A stretch of DNA of 55,143 nucleotides from contig CBDUVN010000001.1 in the NCBI GenBank assembly GCA_965370685.1, positions 67,763-122,905 on the forward strand. Direction: 5' to 3'. A model generated the notes under the pieces. That model was not told the origin of the DNA. It searched no databases and saw only the letters and a list, made by a program, of their open reading frames with translations. The stretch is from an uncultured bacterium (GTDB taxonomy: Bacteria; Gemmatimonadota; Gemmatimonadetes; Palauibacterales; Palauibacteraceae). Positions 20,191 to 30,300 of the stretch are shown in pieces. How positions within the stretch are numbered: position 1 is the stretch's first letter; every line of letters starts with the position of its first letter. Made by a program: the position numbers and the translations under genes.

Positions 20191-21051
20191 TCAGTCCATC
20201 GTTCCGTCGGTCATTCGCTGCTCGAGCCACCCCCGCAGGTCCGCCAGTGCCTCCTCTGCCCGGGGGTCGAAATACAGCGCATGGAACGCGCCCTCGTACT
20301 CGATCACTTCCGGACGGGACGCGAGGCGAGCCCCGAAGTCCCGCGCGGCGGGATTACTCACGACCGTATCGCTTCCAGCCAGCTGCAACAACACCGGGAC
20401 TCGCAGCCGGTGTGCGTCGGAAAGCAGCCGGGGCGAGGCGCGCTGCATCTCGCCCCACAGGCGGGCGCTGATGCGGTGGTGAACAAGCGGATCTTCCTCG
20501 TACACCCGCTGATCCGACTCCCGGCGGAACAAATCCTCGACAGTCAGGCCGTTATCCATCGTCAGTGCCGGGACCATTCGATCCGCAGCCGCGCCGAGTG
20601 ACCGCTTCCAGCCGGGAATCGACATCTCCGTCTCGACGAACGGGCTCACGAACACCACCCCGCGCAGTCCATCCGGAGCGAACGCTTCCGCGTACCGTCC
20701 GACGACGAGTCCCCCTAACGAGTGCCCGACCAGGAACGTGGCCCGGCCGGCGGTCTCCCTCCCGGCCCTGCGTCTCAATCGGTCCAGATCGCGCAAAAAG
20801 CAGGCGAAGTCGGATACATGACCGCGTCTTCCCTGCGACCGCCCGTGTCCCCTCAGATCGATCGCGTACAGGTCGAGGTCGAGTGTTCCCACGACTTCCG
20901 CGAGCCTGTCGTAACGGCCACCGTGCTCTCCCAGGCCATGAACGAACAGAACGCATCCGGCCGGGTCCGCAACCTCCCACGCCCGATAGAACACCCGGAC
21001 GCCACCCGTTCCCTCGAGATAGCCGACGGCGGGTTCAGTCATCAGGTTCAC
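20191..21051 (-). CDS. Alpha/beta hydrolase (lysophospholipase/monoglyceride lipase-like)
   Basis: VHGLGEHGGRY, DLRGHGRS, GHSLGG nucleophile elbow, Asp/His near C-terminus. Confidence 0.92.
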   Translation of the reverse strand: MNLMTEPAVGYLEGTGGVRVFYRAWEVADPAGCVLFVHGLGEHGGRYDRLAEVVGTLDLDLYAIDLRGHGRSQGRRGHVSDFACFLRDLDRLRRRAGRETAGRATFLVGHSLGGLVVGRYAEAFAPDGLRGVVFVSPFVETEMSIPGWKRSLGAAADRMVPALTMDNGLTVEDLFRRESDQRVYEEDPLVHHRISARLWGEMQRASPRLLSDAHRLRVPVLLQLAGSDTVVSNPAARDFGARLASRPEVIEYEGAFHALYFDPRAEEALADLRGWLEQRMTDGTMD

Positions 21052-21544
21052 CGACAGCTCGTGCGAGCAAGTCGAGAGCTGCGTGAACAGAGGCCGATCT
21101 GATTTCCGCCCGATCGCCGGGGAACAGGTAACGCTCGCATCGCGCGGAATCCTGCCCCGGTCCGGAAGTTCCGATCCACACGGTCCCGACGGGTTTGTCC
21201 GGGTCGCCGCCGTCCGGACCCGCGACTCCGGTGATCGCGACCCCCCAATCGGCTTTCGTAGCGCGTTTCACGCCGATGGCCATCGCTACCGCCACATCAG
21301 AGGAAACCGCTCCCCGGGTCTCGACCACGGAGGGAGAAACCCCCAGGAGCCCGATCTTCACTGAATTCGCGTAAGCGATCACCCCCCCCACGAATACCTT
21401 CGACGAGCCGGGGACCGTGGTCAGGGCGACCCCGAGGCCACCTCCTGTACAACTCTCGGCCACGGCCAGGGTCCGGCCCTGTCGGGCGAGTGTGGTGAGG
21501 ATTTCGAGGACATGCTCGTCGGTGCGCGGCTCGTGATCGGTCAA
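21035..21544 (-). CDS. CinA C-terminal domain protein (NMN deamidase, PncC-like)
   Basis: AVAESCTGG, PGSS, YANSVK, GAVS, ITGVAGPDGG, KPVGTV; TTG 21544 overlaps pgsA stop. Confidence 0.9.
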   Translation of the reverse strand: MTDHEPRTDEHVLEILTTLARQGRTLAVAESCTGGGLGVALTTVPGSSKVFVGGVIAYANSVKIGLLGVSPSVVETRGAVSSDVAVAMAIGVKRATKADWGVAITGVAGPDGGDPDKPVGTVWIGTSGPGQDSARCERYLFPGDRAEIRSASVHAALDLLARAVGEPDD

Positions 21545-22191
21545 GCGGAAGACTCCCGCGGGATATTCCGGAACGCACCGATGTAAACGACGAGTGATGC
21601 AACAGTGAGTGCCAGGGCCACGATCAGCGAGATCGTCGTGAACCAACCGTTCAGGCCTTCCCAGAATCTCGCGAACCCGCCGCTCCAGCCTCGCTCGATT
21701 GCCGCCGTTCGGAATGTAAGCCAGACGATCATCGAACCGCTGAACACACTCTGCGCGAAAGCCTTGTACTTGCCGATCGGCATCGCGGGAACGACCGTTC
21801 CCCTCCGGGCCGCACGGGTGCGCAGAAACGTGATGAAAATCTCTCTTCCGAAGAACACGACGAGCGTCCACAACGGGATGCCCCCGAATATCGGCAACCC
21901 GCCAAGCTCCGGCTGGTTGTTGGTCAGAATCCAGAATGGAACGAGTGTGGCAACGAGCAGGAGCTTGTCGGCGACTGGATCGACGAGCTTGCCGAAGTCC
22001 GTGATCTCCCCCCGCCGACGCGCGAGCGCACCGTCCACCAGATCCGACAGGGCCGCCACGAGGAACACGATGAATGCCACGAGACGGGCGGACGCACGCG
22101 GCTGCAGCAGAAGCGCGGCCACGAGCGGCGCGAGGATCACCCGCAATGTCGTAATCGCGTTCGGAAGATTCACCTGTTGAGACACGGTCAC
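21541..22191 (-). CDS. pgsA: CDP-diacylglycerol--glycerol-3-phosphate phosphatidyltransferase family
   Basis: NLPNAITTLR, DLVDGALARRRGEITDFGKLVDPVADK signature. Confidence 0.9.
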   Translation of the reverse strand: MTVSQQVNLPNAITTLRVILAPLVAALLLQPRASARLVAFIVFLVAALSDLVDGALARRRGEITDFGKLVDPVADKLLLVATLVPFWILTNNQPELGGLPIFGGIPLWTLVVFFGREIFITFLRTRAARRGTVVPAMPIGKYKAFAQSVFSGSMIVWLTFRTAAIERGWSGGFARFWEGLNGWFTTISLIVALALTVASLVVYIGAFRNIPRESSA

Positions 22192-22195
22192 CTCA

Positions 22196-22771
22196 TCACG
22201 CCAGCGCCCGGACGACCTGCTCGGAAACCGCCGTCACAGCTTCGACGATTCCCTGCCGACGGGTGGCCACCGTCGCGTACGCAGGTGCCCCCTGTGGATT
22301 CACGGCTCGATTGAGCTCGTCCTCCGACACCGCATCGGGAAGGTCCCGCTTGTTGTGCTGGAATACGACCGGCATGGACGCCGCCTGACCGAGGAGTTCG
22401 AGGTCAGCCCGCAGCGCCGCAAGAGCTTCCCGGTTCGCCTCCATGCGCTCGGGAGAGGAGTCGGCGACAAAGATCACGCCATCCGCTCCACGGAGCACCG
22501 TCTGGCGGACTTCGGACCGACCCGGGTCGCCCGGAGCCGAGAGAAGTTGAAGCCGGATGCTGCGTCCCTCCAACGTCCCCAGCTCGATCGTGAGGAGATC
22601 GAAGAACAGGGTGCTTCCGTCCGACTCGGTCGGCGCAAGGATCGGCCCGTGAGTGTCCGGGGCGAGCTGGTCATGAAGAGCCCGGATCGTTGTAGACTTC
22701 CCGCTTCCCGCAGGGCCCACATACACGACCTTGCAGTCGATTTCCGGCATCGACTCCCGCCGGTCGGCCAT
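22196..22771 (-). CDS. MglA-family small GTPase (divergent)
   Basis: CKVVYVGPAGSGKST, TLFFDL, LRGADGVIFVADS, NKRDLP; start ATG 22771 or 22750. Confidence 0.88.
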   Translation of the reverse strand: MADRRESMPEIDCKVVYVGPAGSGKSTTIRALHDQLAPDTHGPILAPTESDGSTLFFDLLTIELGTLEGRSIRLQLLSAPGDPGRSEVRQTVLRGADGVIFVADSSPERMEANREALAALRADLELLGQAASMPVVFQHNKRDLPDAVSEDELNRAVNPQGAPAYATVATRRQGIVEAVTAVSEQVVRALA

Positions 22772-22776
22772 CGGCT

Positions 22777-23115
22777 TCAGGCACCCTCGGCGACGGCGAG
22801 TTCCTGCTCCATTCCGGCCAGCACGGCCGAGGCCCGCTTGCGCAGGAGCGGCTTGTCCTCCCACGCGAGGTAGTCCCGCAGCAGAAGCACGTTGTCAACG
22901 CCGGGATGGTTCCGCAGGAAGCCGAGCGCTGCCAGCCGCCGGAGCGGTTGTGAGCTGAACAGGTCCCGCTGGTGCCGAGCCATCTGATCGTGAGCGAGCA
23001 ACACCCCGAGACCTCCGACCAGGGCGACTCCCGCCAGCACCGCGGCGCCGATCCTCACGGCCTTCCAGGCGATGTCGTCAGACTCTTCTCTCACAATAAT
23101 GATCTTGTCAGTCAT
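22777..23115 (-). CDS. Small membrane-anchored protein with HEAT-like helical hairpin
   Basis: One TM, then PLRRLAALGFL...LLRDYL...LRKRASAVL; fills the recR-mglA gap exactly. Confidence 0.75.
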   Translation of the reverse strand: MTDKIIIVREESDDIAWKAVRIGAAVLAGVALVGGLGVLLAHDQMARHQRDLFSSQPLRRLAALGFLRNHPGVDNVLLLRDYLAWEDKPLLRKRASAVLAGMEQELAVAEGA

Positions 23116-23703
23116 TCACATCTCCCGGCGTCCCGAGAACGCCTCGGCGATCGTCACACCATCCGCGTACTCCAGATCACCCCCTACCGGCAGACCTCGT
23201 GCCAGCCGGGTGACCCGCAATCCGTCGACCTCCCCGACGAGGCGGAACAGGTACGCGGCGGTCGCTTCACCTTCGACGCTCGGGTTCGTGGCAATGATGA
23301 GTTCCCCGACACCGTCCTGGAGACGTCGCATCAGGGACGCAATGTTCAAGTCATCCGGTCCGACTCCATCCAGCGGCGACAGGTGCCCGCCCAACACGTG
23401 ATAGCGGCCCCTGAACTGCCCCGACCCTTCGATCGCAGGGACGTCCGAGGCTTCCTCGACCACGCATATCGAGCCCGCTTCCCGGCGCGGATTCCGGCAT
23501 AACTCACACGGATCCTCCGTACTCAGGTTGCCGCACTCCGTGCAAGGAACCACCTCGGCGATCACGCGCGAGATCGCATCCGCGAGGCGCCGACCGTCTT
23601 CCGGAGATCCTTTCAGAAGAAAATAGGTCAGGCGTTGCGCCGTTTTGCGGCCAATTCCGGGCAGACGGGAAAACTCACGTACAAGCGACTCGATCGCCGA
23701 CAC
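23116..23703 (-). CDS. recR: Recombination mediator RecR
   Basis: LPGIGRKTAQRL, C4 zinc finger, ICVVE, YHVLGGHLSPLDG, ATNPSVEGEATA; start GTG 23703. Confidence 0.97.
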   Translation of the reverse strand: MSAIESLVREFSRLPGIGRKTAQRLTYFLLKGSPEDGRRLADAISRVIAEVVPCTECGNLSTEDPCELCRNPRREAGSICVVEEASDVPAIEGSGQFRGRYHVLGGHLSPLDGVGPDDLNIASLMRRLQDGVGELIIATNPSVEGEATAAYLFRLVGEVDGLRVTRLARGLPVGGDLEYADGVTIAEAFSGRREM

Positions 23704-23719
23704 GCGCTTGCTCGATCCC

Positions 23720-24052
23720 TCAGCCCAGGAGCGAGCCCAGGTCGGGCATCTGCATCCCGCCTGTAGCCTGTCGCATCTCGGTCTCCATCCGCTCGTGGGA
23801 CCTGCGCTGAGCTTCCGACATGGCCGCGACCACGAGGTCTTCGAGCATTTCGACGTCACTCGGATCCACTGCTGAGGGATCGATGCGGATGGAGCGAATC
23901 GTCCCCTTTCCATCCACCGTCACCTCTACGAGGCCTCCACCACTGGAGACCGTCATGGTCTCCTGCTCCAGTTTCTGCTGGATCTCGGCGAGCCGGGACT
24001 GCATCTGCTGGCCGAGCTGAAAAAGCTGCTGAAGCTGATTCTCTTTATCCAC
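23720..24052 (-). CDS. ybaB: YbaB/EbfC nucleoid-associated protein
   Basis: SGGGLVEVTVDG, EMLEDLVVAA; between dnaX and recR. Confidence 0.95.
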   Translation of the reverse strand: MDKENQLQQLFQLGQQMQSRLAEIQQKLEQETMTVSSGGGLVEVTVDGKGTIRSIRIDPSAVDPSDVEMLEDLVVAAMSEAQRRSHERMETEMRQATGGMQMPDLGSLLG

Positions 24053-24059
24053 GCCGCGG

Positions 24060-25811
24060 TCACTCCTTGATCTTGAGGTCGAGTGTTTGTACCGCTTCCC
24101 GCAACCGTGGGTCCGTATCCATCATTTGCTCGAGCTTCTGGTCACGCGCGACTTCGGCGGTGACTCGTCGACGCGGACCGGCATCGTCGATCACGAACTC
24201 GAGCTTGTCCGGTGCCACTCCGATTCGCCCCCCGAGTTCCGCCCGGAATCCGGCCGAGCGCACTCGATCGTCCAGAAACGCCGCCAGGTCCTGGGCCAGG
24301 CCCGGCGGCACCCCCAGCTTCAGTACCGCACCTTCCAACTCGCGGACGGTGGCGCCTCGCAGTCCGATCGCCTCTCCTCCGAGCCCTTTCCCCTTGGCCG
24401 CCTCGATCACTTCCATCCACATAGCCCGCAGCGCCGGCGCATCGGCCGGCGAAGGCGGATCGGCATCCGGTTCCTCAGATCCCGCCTTCGGCGTCGAAGG
24501 ATCCGCTTCCACCTTCGGCGTCGGAGGGTCTTCGTCCGCCTTCGGCGTCGGAGGGTCTGCGCTCGGCTTTGGTGTCGGACGGTCCGGTTTGCTCTTCCCG
24601 GTCGGACGACGCGGGCGCTTCGGCTGCCGGATCGATTCCACTCTCTTCGGAATGCCGCCGGTTGGATCTTCCAACAGCCCCAGCATCTCGTCGATACCGA
24701 TCGATGCCTCCAGGCTGGCCAGTCGCAGGAGAAGCACCTCGAGCTGAATCCGAGGCTGGGAACTCCGGCGGAACCTCCCGGAGGCCTCGAAGTCCGCTGT
24801 GGCGGTGAGCATTCGGAGCAACTCCTCGACTCGGAATTGCTCTGCCGCGTCGGCGAACGCCTGGCGCGTCTCCTCCGGCAACTCCGGCAGCTCTGCACCG
24901 GGATCGAGACGGATCGCCAGCAGCATTCGCAGAGTCTCGCCAAGCCCCCGCGCGAATTCAGCCAGGTCGTATCCATCGTCGAGCAACGCCTGGACGAACG
25001 GGAACACTGCCGCCCGGTCTCCGGCAATGGCGAACGAGAAGAAGTCCAGGAATTTCTCCTCCTCGACCAGGCCGAGCATGCGCCGCACATCTTCGAGTCG
25101 CACGGAATCGCCCGAAAACGAGAGTACCTGGTCGAGCAGCGACAACGCGTCGCGAACTCCGCCGTCCGCTCGACGGGCGATCTGCAGCAGCGCGGCGTCT
25201 TCCGCCTCCACTCCCTCGCGTTGCAGCACCTCGCGTAACCGTCCGAGCAGGTCGGGCACCGTGACTCGATGAAAGTCGAATCGCTGCACTCGTGAAAGGA
25301 CCGGCGAGGCCGACTGCTTGATCTTGTTCGGCTCAGTCGTCGCGAACACGAAGATCACGCGTGGAGGCGGTTCTTCGAGGATCTTGAGCAGCGCATTCCA
25401 GGCATCCCTGGTGAGCATGTGGGCTTCGTCGACAATGTAGATCTTATGGCGATTCTCGTCCGACGGCGCGTACATCGCCCGTTCCCGCAGGTCGCGGGCG
25501 TCGTCCACCCCTCGATTGCTCGCGGCATCGATCTCGACCACGTCGAGCGAGGTTCGGCCGGACCAGATCGACTCACACGACTCACACACACCGCACGGCT
25601 CTCCGCCGGAGCGCTCCGGACAGTTGAGGGCCATGGCCAGCACGCGAGCAGCCGTCGTTTTCCCGATTCCTCGGGGTCCGCTGAACAGGTACGCGTGCGC
25701 GGTTCTCCCGTTCTCCACCGCAGCGCGGAGAGTCGAAGCGACGTGGTCCTGTCCGACAAGCTCGGAGAATTGGCGGGGTCGATGGCTGCGTGCGAGCGCG
25801 GTTCGATACAT
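24060..25811 (-). CDS. dnaX: DNA polymerase III subunit gamma/tau
   Basis: RPRQFSELVGQ, GPRGIGKTT, EIDAASNRG, DEAHML, NALLKILEEPP; ATG 25811. Confidence 0.97.
   Translation of the reverse strand: MYRTALARSHRPRQFSELVGQDHVASTLRAAVENGRTAHAYLFSGPRGIGKTTAARVLAMALNCPERSGGEPCGVCESCESIWSGRTSLDVVEIDAASNRGVDDARDLRERAMYAPSDENRHKIYIVDEAHMLTRDAWNALLKILEEPPPRVIFVFATTEPNKIKQSASPVLSRVQRFDFHRVTVPDLLGRLREVLQREGVEAEDAALLQIARRADGGVRDALSLLDQVLSFSGDSVRLEDVRRMLGLVEEEKFLDFFSFAIAGDRAAVFPFVQALLDDGYDLAEFARGLGETLRMLLAIRLDPGAELPELPEETRQAFADAAEQFRVEELLRMLTATADFEASGRFRRSSQPRIQLEVLLLRLASLEASIGIDEMLGLLEDPTGGIPKRVESIRQPKRPRRPTGKSKPDRPTPKPSADPPTPKADEDPPTPKVEADPSTPKAGSEEPDADPPSPADAPALRAMWMEVIEAAKGKGLGGEAIGLRGATVRELEGAVLKLGVPPGLAQDLAAFLDDRVRSAGFRAELGGRIGVAPDKLEFVIDDAGPRRRVTAEVARDQKLEQMMDTDPRLREAVQTLDLKIKE
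24485..24580 (-). repeat. 27-bp tandem coding repeat (about 4 copies) in the dnaX linker
   Basis: CCTTCGGCGTCG at 24485, 24512, 24539 and a variant at 24566; encodes (P/S)TPKxxxDP. Confidence 0.85.
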
Positions 25812-25877
25812 GCGGGCCAAGCTACGTGTCGGGCCAGATCGATGAAAGCCGATCGAGCGGATTCGGGAGGGTGCGAA

Positions 25878-25972
25878 GACCCGGGCTGACCGCGGCGACC
25901 TTTACACGCTTACCGCTGCTACCTTCACGGTCCTGACGGGATTCACGCGCGCCGGCCCCGCGGGCCCGGGAA
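25878..25972 (-). ncRNA. ffs: Signal recognition particle small (4.5S) RNA
   Basis: Minus strand reads GTCAGGACCGTGAAGGTAGCAGC (helix 8), closing stem CCCGGGC/GCCCGGG, classic position upstream of dnaX. Confidence 0.93.
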
Positions 25973-25977
25973 GCGGT

Positions 25978-26006
25978 AAATTACGCTCGACCAGTGGAGC
26001 GGTCAA
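25978..26006 (-). promoter_or_regulatory. Sigma70-type promoter of ffs
   Basis: TTGACC-N17-TAATTT ending about 7 nt before the SRP RNA 5' stem. Confidence 0.8.
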
Positions 26007-26032
26007 ACTCTCGGCAGCCGTCGACCAGAGGA

Positions 26033-26395
26033 TCACGATTCGTCGCTCTGGAATGCGTCGGGCCAGTGCTCGACCAGCGGTGCACCACCTGCTGCGAGCG
26101 TCACTTCTACGATATCGAACCGGAAATCCCGTCCCTCTCCGGGACGAGTTGCGATCCACGCGGCCGCGGCACGCACCAGCTTTCGTCGTTTCGAAGCATT
26201 CACGGCCGCGGCCGGGGAACCCCCGGGTCCCAACCGCCTCGTCTTTACCTCCACGAACGCGATCGTCAGCCCGTCCCGCACTATCAGGTCGATCTCGTTC
26301 CGGCCCTGTCTCCAGTTTCGGTCCAGCACGCGCATGCCGCGCCGCTCCAGCCAGCGCGCAGCGAGTTCCTCACCAGCCCGTCCCGTATCGTTCAT
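26033..26395 (-). CDS. yraN: YraN family PD-(D/E)xK nuclease
   Basis: GRAGEELAARWL, RNWR, EIDLI, FVEVKTR, RFDIV; start ATG 26395 or GTG 26419. Confidence 0.93.
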   Translation of the reverse strand: MNDTGRAGEELAARWLERRGMRVLDRNWRQGRNEIDLIVRDGLTIAFVEVKTRRLGPGGSPAAAVNASKRRKLVRAAAAWIATRPGEGRDFRFDIVEVTLAAGGAPLVEHWPDAFQSDES

Positions 26396-26502
26396 CCCGG
26401 TCCACGAATCCTGTTTCACGAGTCACTCGACATTATGGGTGTCCGGGGGGGAACAACGGGCTGTCAACCTGAACGACCGGAGGGAACGCGATCGTGCCCG
26501 AT

Positions 26503-27309
26503 TCAGGTCGGGAAGCGCCGGGTCCAGCCCTCGTGGGCAAGCTCGACCTGTCCCGACCAGCCCGCCTCGCTCACGAGCCGTGGCACATCGGCTGCCCGTC
26601 GAAACTGCGGATACACGTGGGTGAGGAGGAGGAATGCAGGATCGGAGGCGGCGGCGAGACGAGCTGCCGAACCGGGAGAGAGGTGTGTGTCGATCGCGTG
26701 AGAATCCGGGAGTGAGCACTCGCATACGAGCAACTCCGCACCGGAGCAGAAGCCGGGCAGCGAATCCGAAGGACCCGTGTCACCGGTGTATACGATCGTG
26801 CATTCCGGCAACTCGATGCGAAGCGCACGACTCTCGTCTGTATGCGGAGTGGAGTGCGTTCGCAGCACAAGCTCGGCCCCCAGCTCGTCCGAACAGCCGG
26901 CCACGGTCTCGTGTACCCGCAATTCGAATCCCGGGTTGAGCACATACTCGCCATACGCATCAGACAGATGATCGAAAAACACTGCGGTCCCGGGAGGGCC
27001 CCAGATGTCGAGCGGCTCGCTTCGCCGGTCCGGAAGCAGTCCGTAGGTGAGCGCGAACAGAAGCCCCGGTATCGCTCCCGTATGATCCGCGTGGAAGTGC
27101 GTCAGCGCCACATCGGTGACTGCATGCCACGGCAGTCCGGTGCGGGCCATCGCCTGCAGACTCCCGGGCCCGCAGTCGAGCAGAAGTCGGTTCGGACCCG
27201 ACTCCAGCCAGTAGGCGGAACAGGCGCGGTCGGACTCGGGAACCACCGTTCCACAGCCGATCACTGCGAACCGGCTGGAACCACTTCCGGCCGACGCTCG
27301 GCGGGTCAA
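26503..27309 (-). CDS. Metallo-beta-lactamase fold hydrolase, RNase Z-like
   Basis: LLLDCG, THFHADH, YTGDT, LLLTHVYP; start overlaps smc stop. Confidence 0.88.
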   Translation of the reverse strand: MTRRASAGSGSSRFAVIGCGTVVPESDRACSAYWLESGPNRLLLDCGPGSLQAMARTGLPWHAVTDVALTHFHADHTGAIPGLLFALTYGLLPDRRSEPLDIWGPPGTAVFFDHLSDAYGEYVLNPGFELRVHETVAGCSDELGAELVLRTHSTPHTDESRALRIELPECTIVYTGDTGPSDSLPGFCSGAELLVCECSLPDSHAIDTHLSPGSAARLAAASDPAFLLLTHVYPQFRRAADVPRLVSEAGWSGQVELAHEGWTRRFPT

Positions 27310-30300
27310 GCCACCTGTCCCCTGGGAAGATCCTTCAGATCAAGAGCCACAAGCTTGCTCACACCCGGCTCCTGCATCGTCACGCCGTACACATGGTCGG
27401 CAGCCTCGATCGTTCGAGAGTTGTGGGTGATCACGATGAACTGAGTGTCATCCTTGAACCGCTCGAGCATCGCCGTGAACCGACCGATGTTCGACTCATC
27501 CAGGGGAGCGTCCACTTCGTCCATCACGCAGAACGGGCTCGGTTTGGCCAGGTAAATCGCGAACAGCAGCGCCAGTGCCGTGAGCGCTCTCTCGCCACCA
27601 GACAACAGGTGGATCCGCTGCGTTCGCTTGCCGCGCGGGCTGGCCGATATCTCGATCGGTGAATCGAGCGGGTCGTTGGCATCCTCGAGCCATACGTCCG
27701 CCTCTCCGCCCTCGAACAGCGTGACGAAGATCCGACGGAAGTTCTCCCGTACCTGCTGGAACACTTCCTGAAACGCTACGGATGCCGCCTCGTTGATCCG
27801 CTGGATCGAGTCCAGCAGGTCTCCGCGCGCGGCCTCGAGATCCCCCTTCTGTCCCTCCAGGAACTCCAGTCGCTCTCTCTCCTCGTCGTGTTCAGCGGCG
27901 GCGAGAAGATTCACCGGCCCGACGGATACCAGCTTCTGCCGAATCTGCTCCAGTTCGTGCGCCCAGTCATCAACTGTTCCCTGGTCCGGCCTCTCGGTCC
28001 GGTCGAGGAGCGACTCGAACTCTTCCTCCCACTCCGCCTCCAGTCGCTCTCGAACCGTCGCGCGCAGACCCCGCATGCGCGTGGACTCGAGTTCCAGCTC
28101 GTGAAGGTGCTCGCTCGATGCGCGTTCGCGCTGCCGCAGCTCCCGCAATTCGGTCTCGCGTCGGTCTACATCGCTCCGGCTCTCGTCGAGAAGCTCCTGC
28201 GCCTTCCGGAGTCCGTCGTCCAGGCCCGAGCGCTCTTCGAACAGAGAATGCAGGACTTCCTCGCTTCCGCCCAGCTCTTCCTGTCCCCGCTCGATCGAAG
28301 CCTCCAGTTCCGCCCTCTCGCTCTGCAGGCGCGCGTCCCGCTGCTCGATATCCTGGCGGAACTCCTCCGTCCGGCGGGCTCGATCGGCGGCCGCGGCGGA
28401 GCGGGCTTCCTGACGCGCGATATCAAGACGCAGCTGCTGCAGAGTGCCAGCTTCCCTTTCCCACTCCGCCGTTGCGCCGAGCCGCTCCCCTCTGTGTCCA
28501 CCCAGCGCCGACTCGATCGCCGCTCTCCGTTCCTCGAGCGCGGCCATCCGCTCCACGTCACGCTCCCGCGCCGGGTCCTCTTCCGCGAGATTGTCGCGCA
28601 ACTCCGATATCCGATCGTCCAGCTCCTCCAGATTCCTGCGCGTTCGATCCAGCCGCTCGGCGATCGCCTCTCGCAGCGCCTCCTGCCGCCTGGAATCCGT
28701 CGCCGCAGACTCCAGCTCGCGCTCCGTAACCGCTGCACGGTCGGTAAGCTCGGCTGCTTCGCCGGCCAGGGACTCGCGAGCGGTCCGTACCTCGCCGATC
28801 TCTCCCTCCAGGGCCGCCTTCCGATCCGCGAGCTCCGCGAGTTTCGTCCTTCGACGCAGCACACCCTTGCCACTGGACGGCTGCCCAAGCCTCACGACTC
28901 CGAGGGCATCCTGACCGCTGCCGTCAGACATCACCCACGGAGTATCCGATGGAGAGAACTCCTGTTCGCCGGAGGATACGCCCGCGAGCAACGTGCGCGC
29001 CCAGCTCGCCCCTGCACCCCGGACCTCGACGAGATCGACCAGTCCCCCCTCGGCCGAGGCACCTCCCCGCGGTCCCGGATCGAGGGGCAACAGCACCAGT
29101 CCCTCGCCGTCCTCCTGGGTCGATAGCCAATCGCGAACCTGGAGCACCGAGTCCCAGTTCTCGACCACGACTCCATGGAGCAGAGGTCCCAGGTGAGACT
29201 CGACCGCTGCGGCGGCGGCAGCCGGCACGGTGAGAAACTCGGCGAGAACGCCATGCACAAGGTCTGATACGTCCGGATCCTGGAGCAGCCGGGAGACGAT
29301 AGAGGGCAAATCACCGCCCGACGTGAGCATCGACGTCAGCGCGTCTGCGCGAGCCTTGACTGATGCGAGCTCGCCCTCGAGCGAAGTGATCCGATCCCGA
29401 AGCTCGCCGCTCCGCTCCCGTGACTCGCGCTCGGCAACCCGCTCCTTGCCGAGACGATCCTCGAGAACCGCTCGTTCCGCCTCCGAATCCAGTGCCGCTT
29501 GCTGCTGCTCGGCGAGGCCTGAACTCAAGGCGGTCTCGGATTCGTCCACCTCTGTCCGCTCCGAGAGGCGTCGCTCGAGATCTTTCCGGCGCTCACGGTT
29601 CCGTTCTCTGAGCGCCTCACCCGCCGCGCCAGTGGAGCCGATCTCGGCCAACAGGGAGGCCAGACTCTCCCGGGCAGAGCCCTCCTCCTGTTCGACGTCC
29701 AATCGTCGTTCACGGAGTCGTTCGACTGCAGTTGCCAGCTCCGCTTCCCCGGACTGGAGCCGCTGAAGATCATCGTTCGCGCTTTCAGCCGCGTTTTCTG
29801 CCTCCGACAACTCTGCCGTCAGGGAGTCCGTGCGCTCCTGCAGCCCCTCTCGTTCCAACCGGATCGACTCGATCCTCGCCAGGGCCGCCGTGACACGCTC
29901 ATCGGTCACGAGTCGTCGCCTCTCGAGTTCTTCCAGTCGATTCCGCACTTCCTCCAGCCTGGAGGCCCGGGCGCTCCGGTCCTGCTCCCGTTCGACGAAG
30001 GCGATTCTGAGGGCCTGGTGCTCGGTTTCCCTGGTGGCGAGCAGGGCCTCGAGTTCCGGTCGAACGCGGCGGGCGTCCACGAGCCCGGCGTCCACCTCGC
30101 TGAGCCGCTGCTCGAGAGCACTGAGTCGCTCGTCCGCGACGGCGACCTCGAGCTGAAGCCGACGTTCCCGCAGCTCTCCGTAACGCTTCGCGCGACCCTT
30201 CTGACGTGCCAGAGAGCGGACCTTGGAACCCACCTCGCCGATCACGTCCGCGAGCCGATGCAGATCCTGCTCCGCCTGCTCCAGCCTGCGAAGCGCCGTG

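Noticed and set aside
5145-26395. comM and yraN as a competence locus
   Set aside because: About 19 kb apart, both widespread, and no other competence genes in the window
26432-26467. TTGACA...CATAAT with a C7 tract as a phase-variable yraN promoter
   Set aside because: Spacer is 24 bp, so nearly the whole tract would have to be lost; 7-8 nt G/C runs also occur at 896 and 7324 and are expected at this GC content
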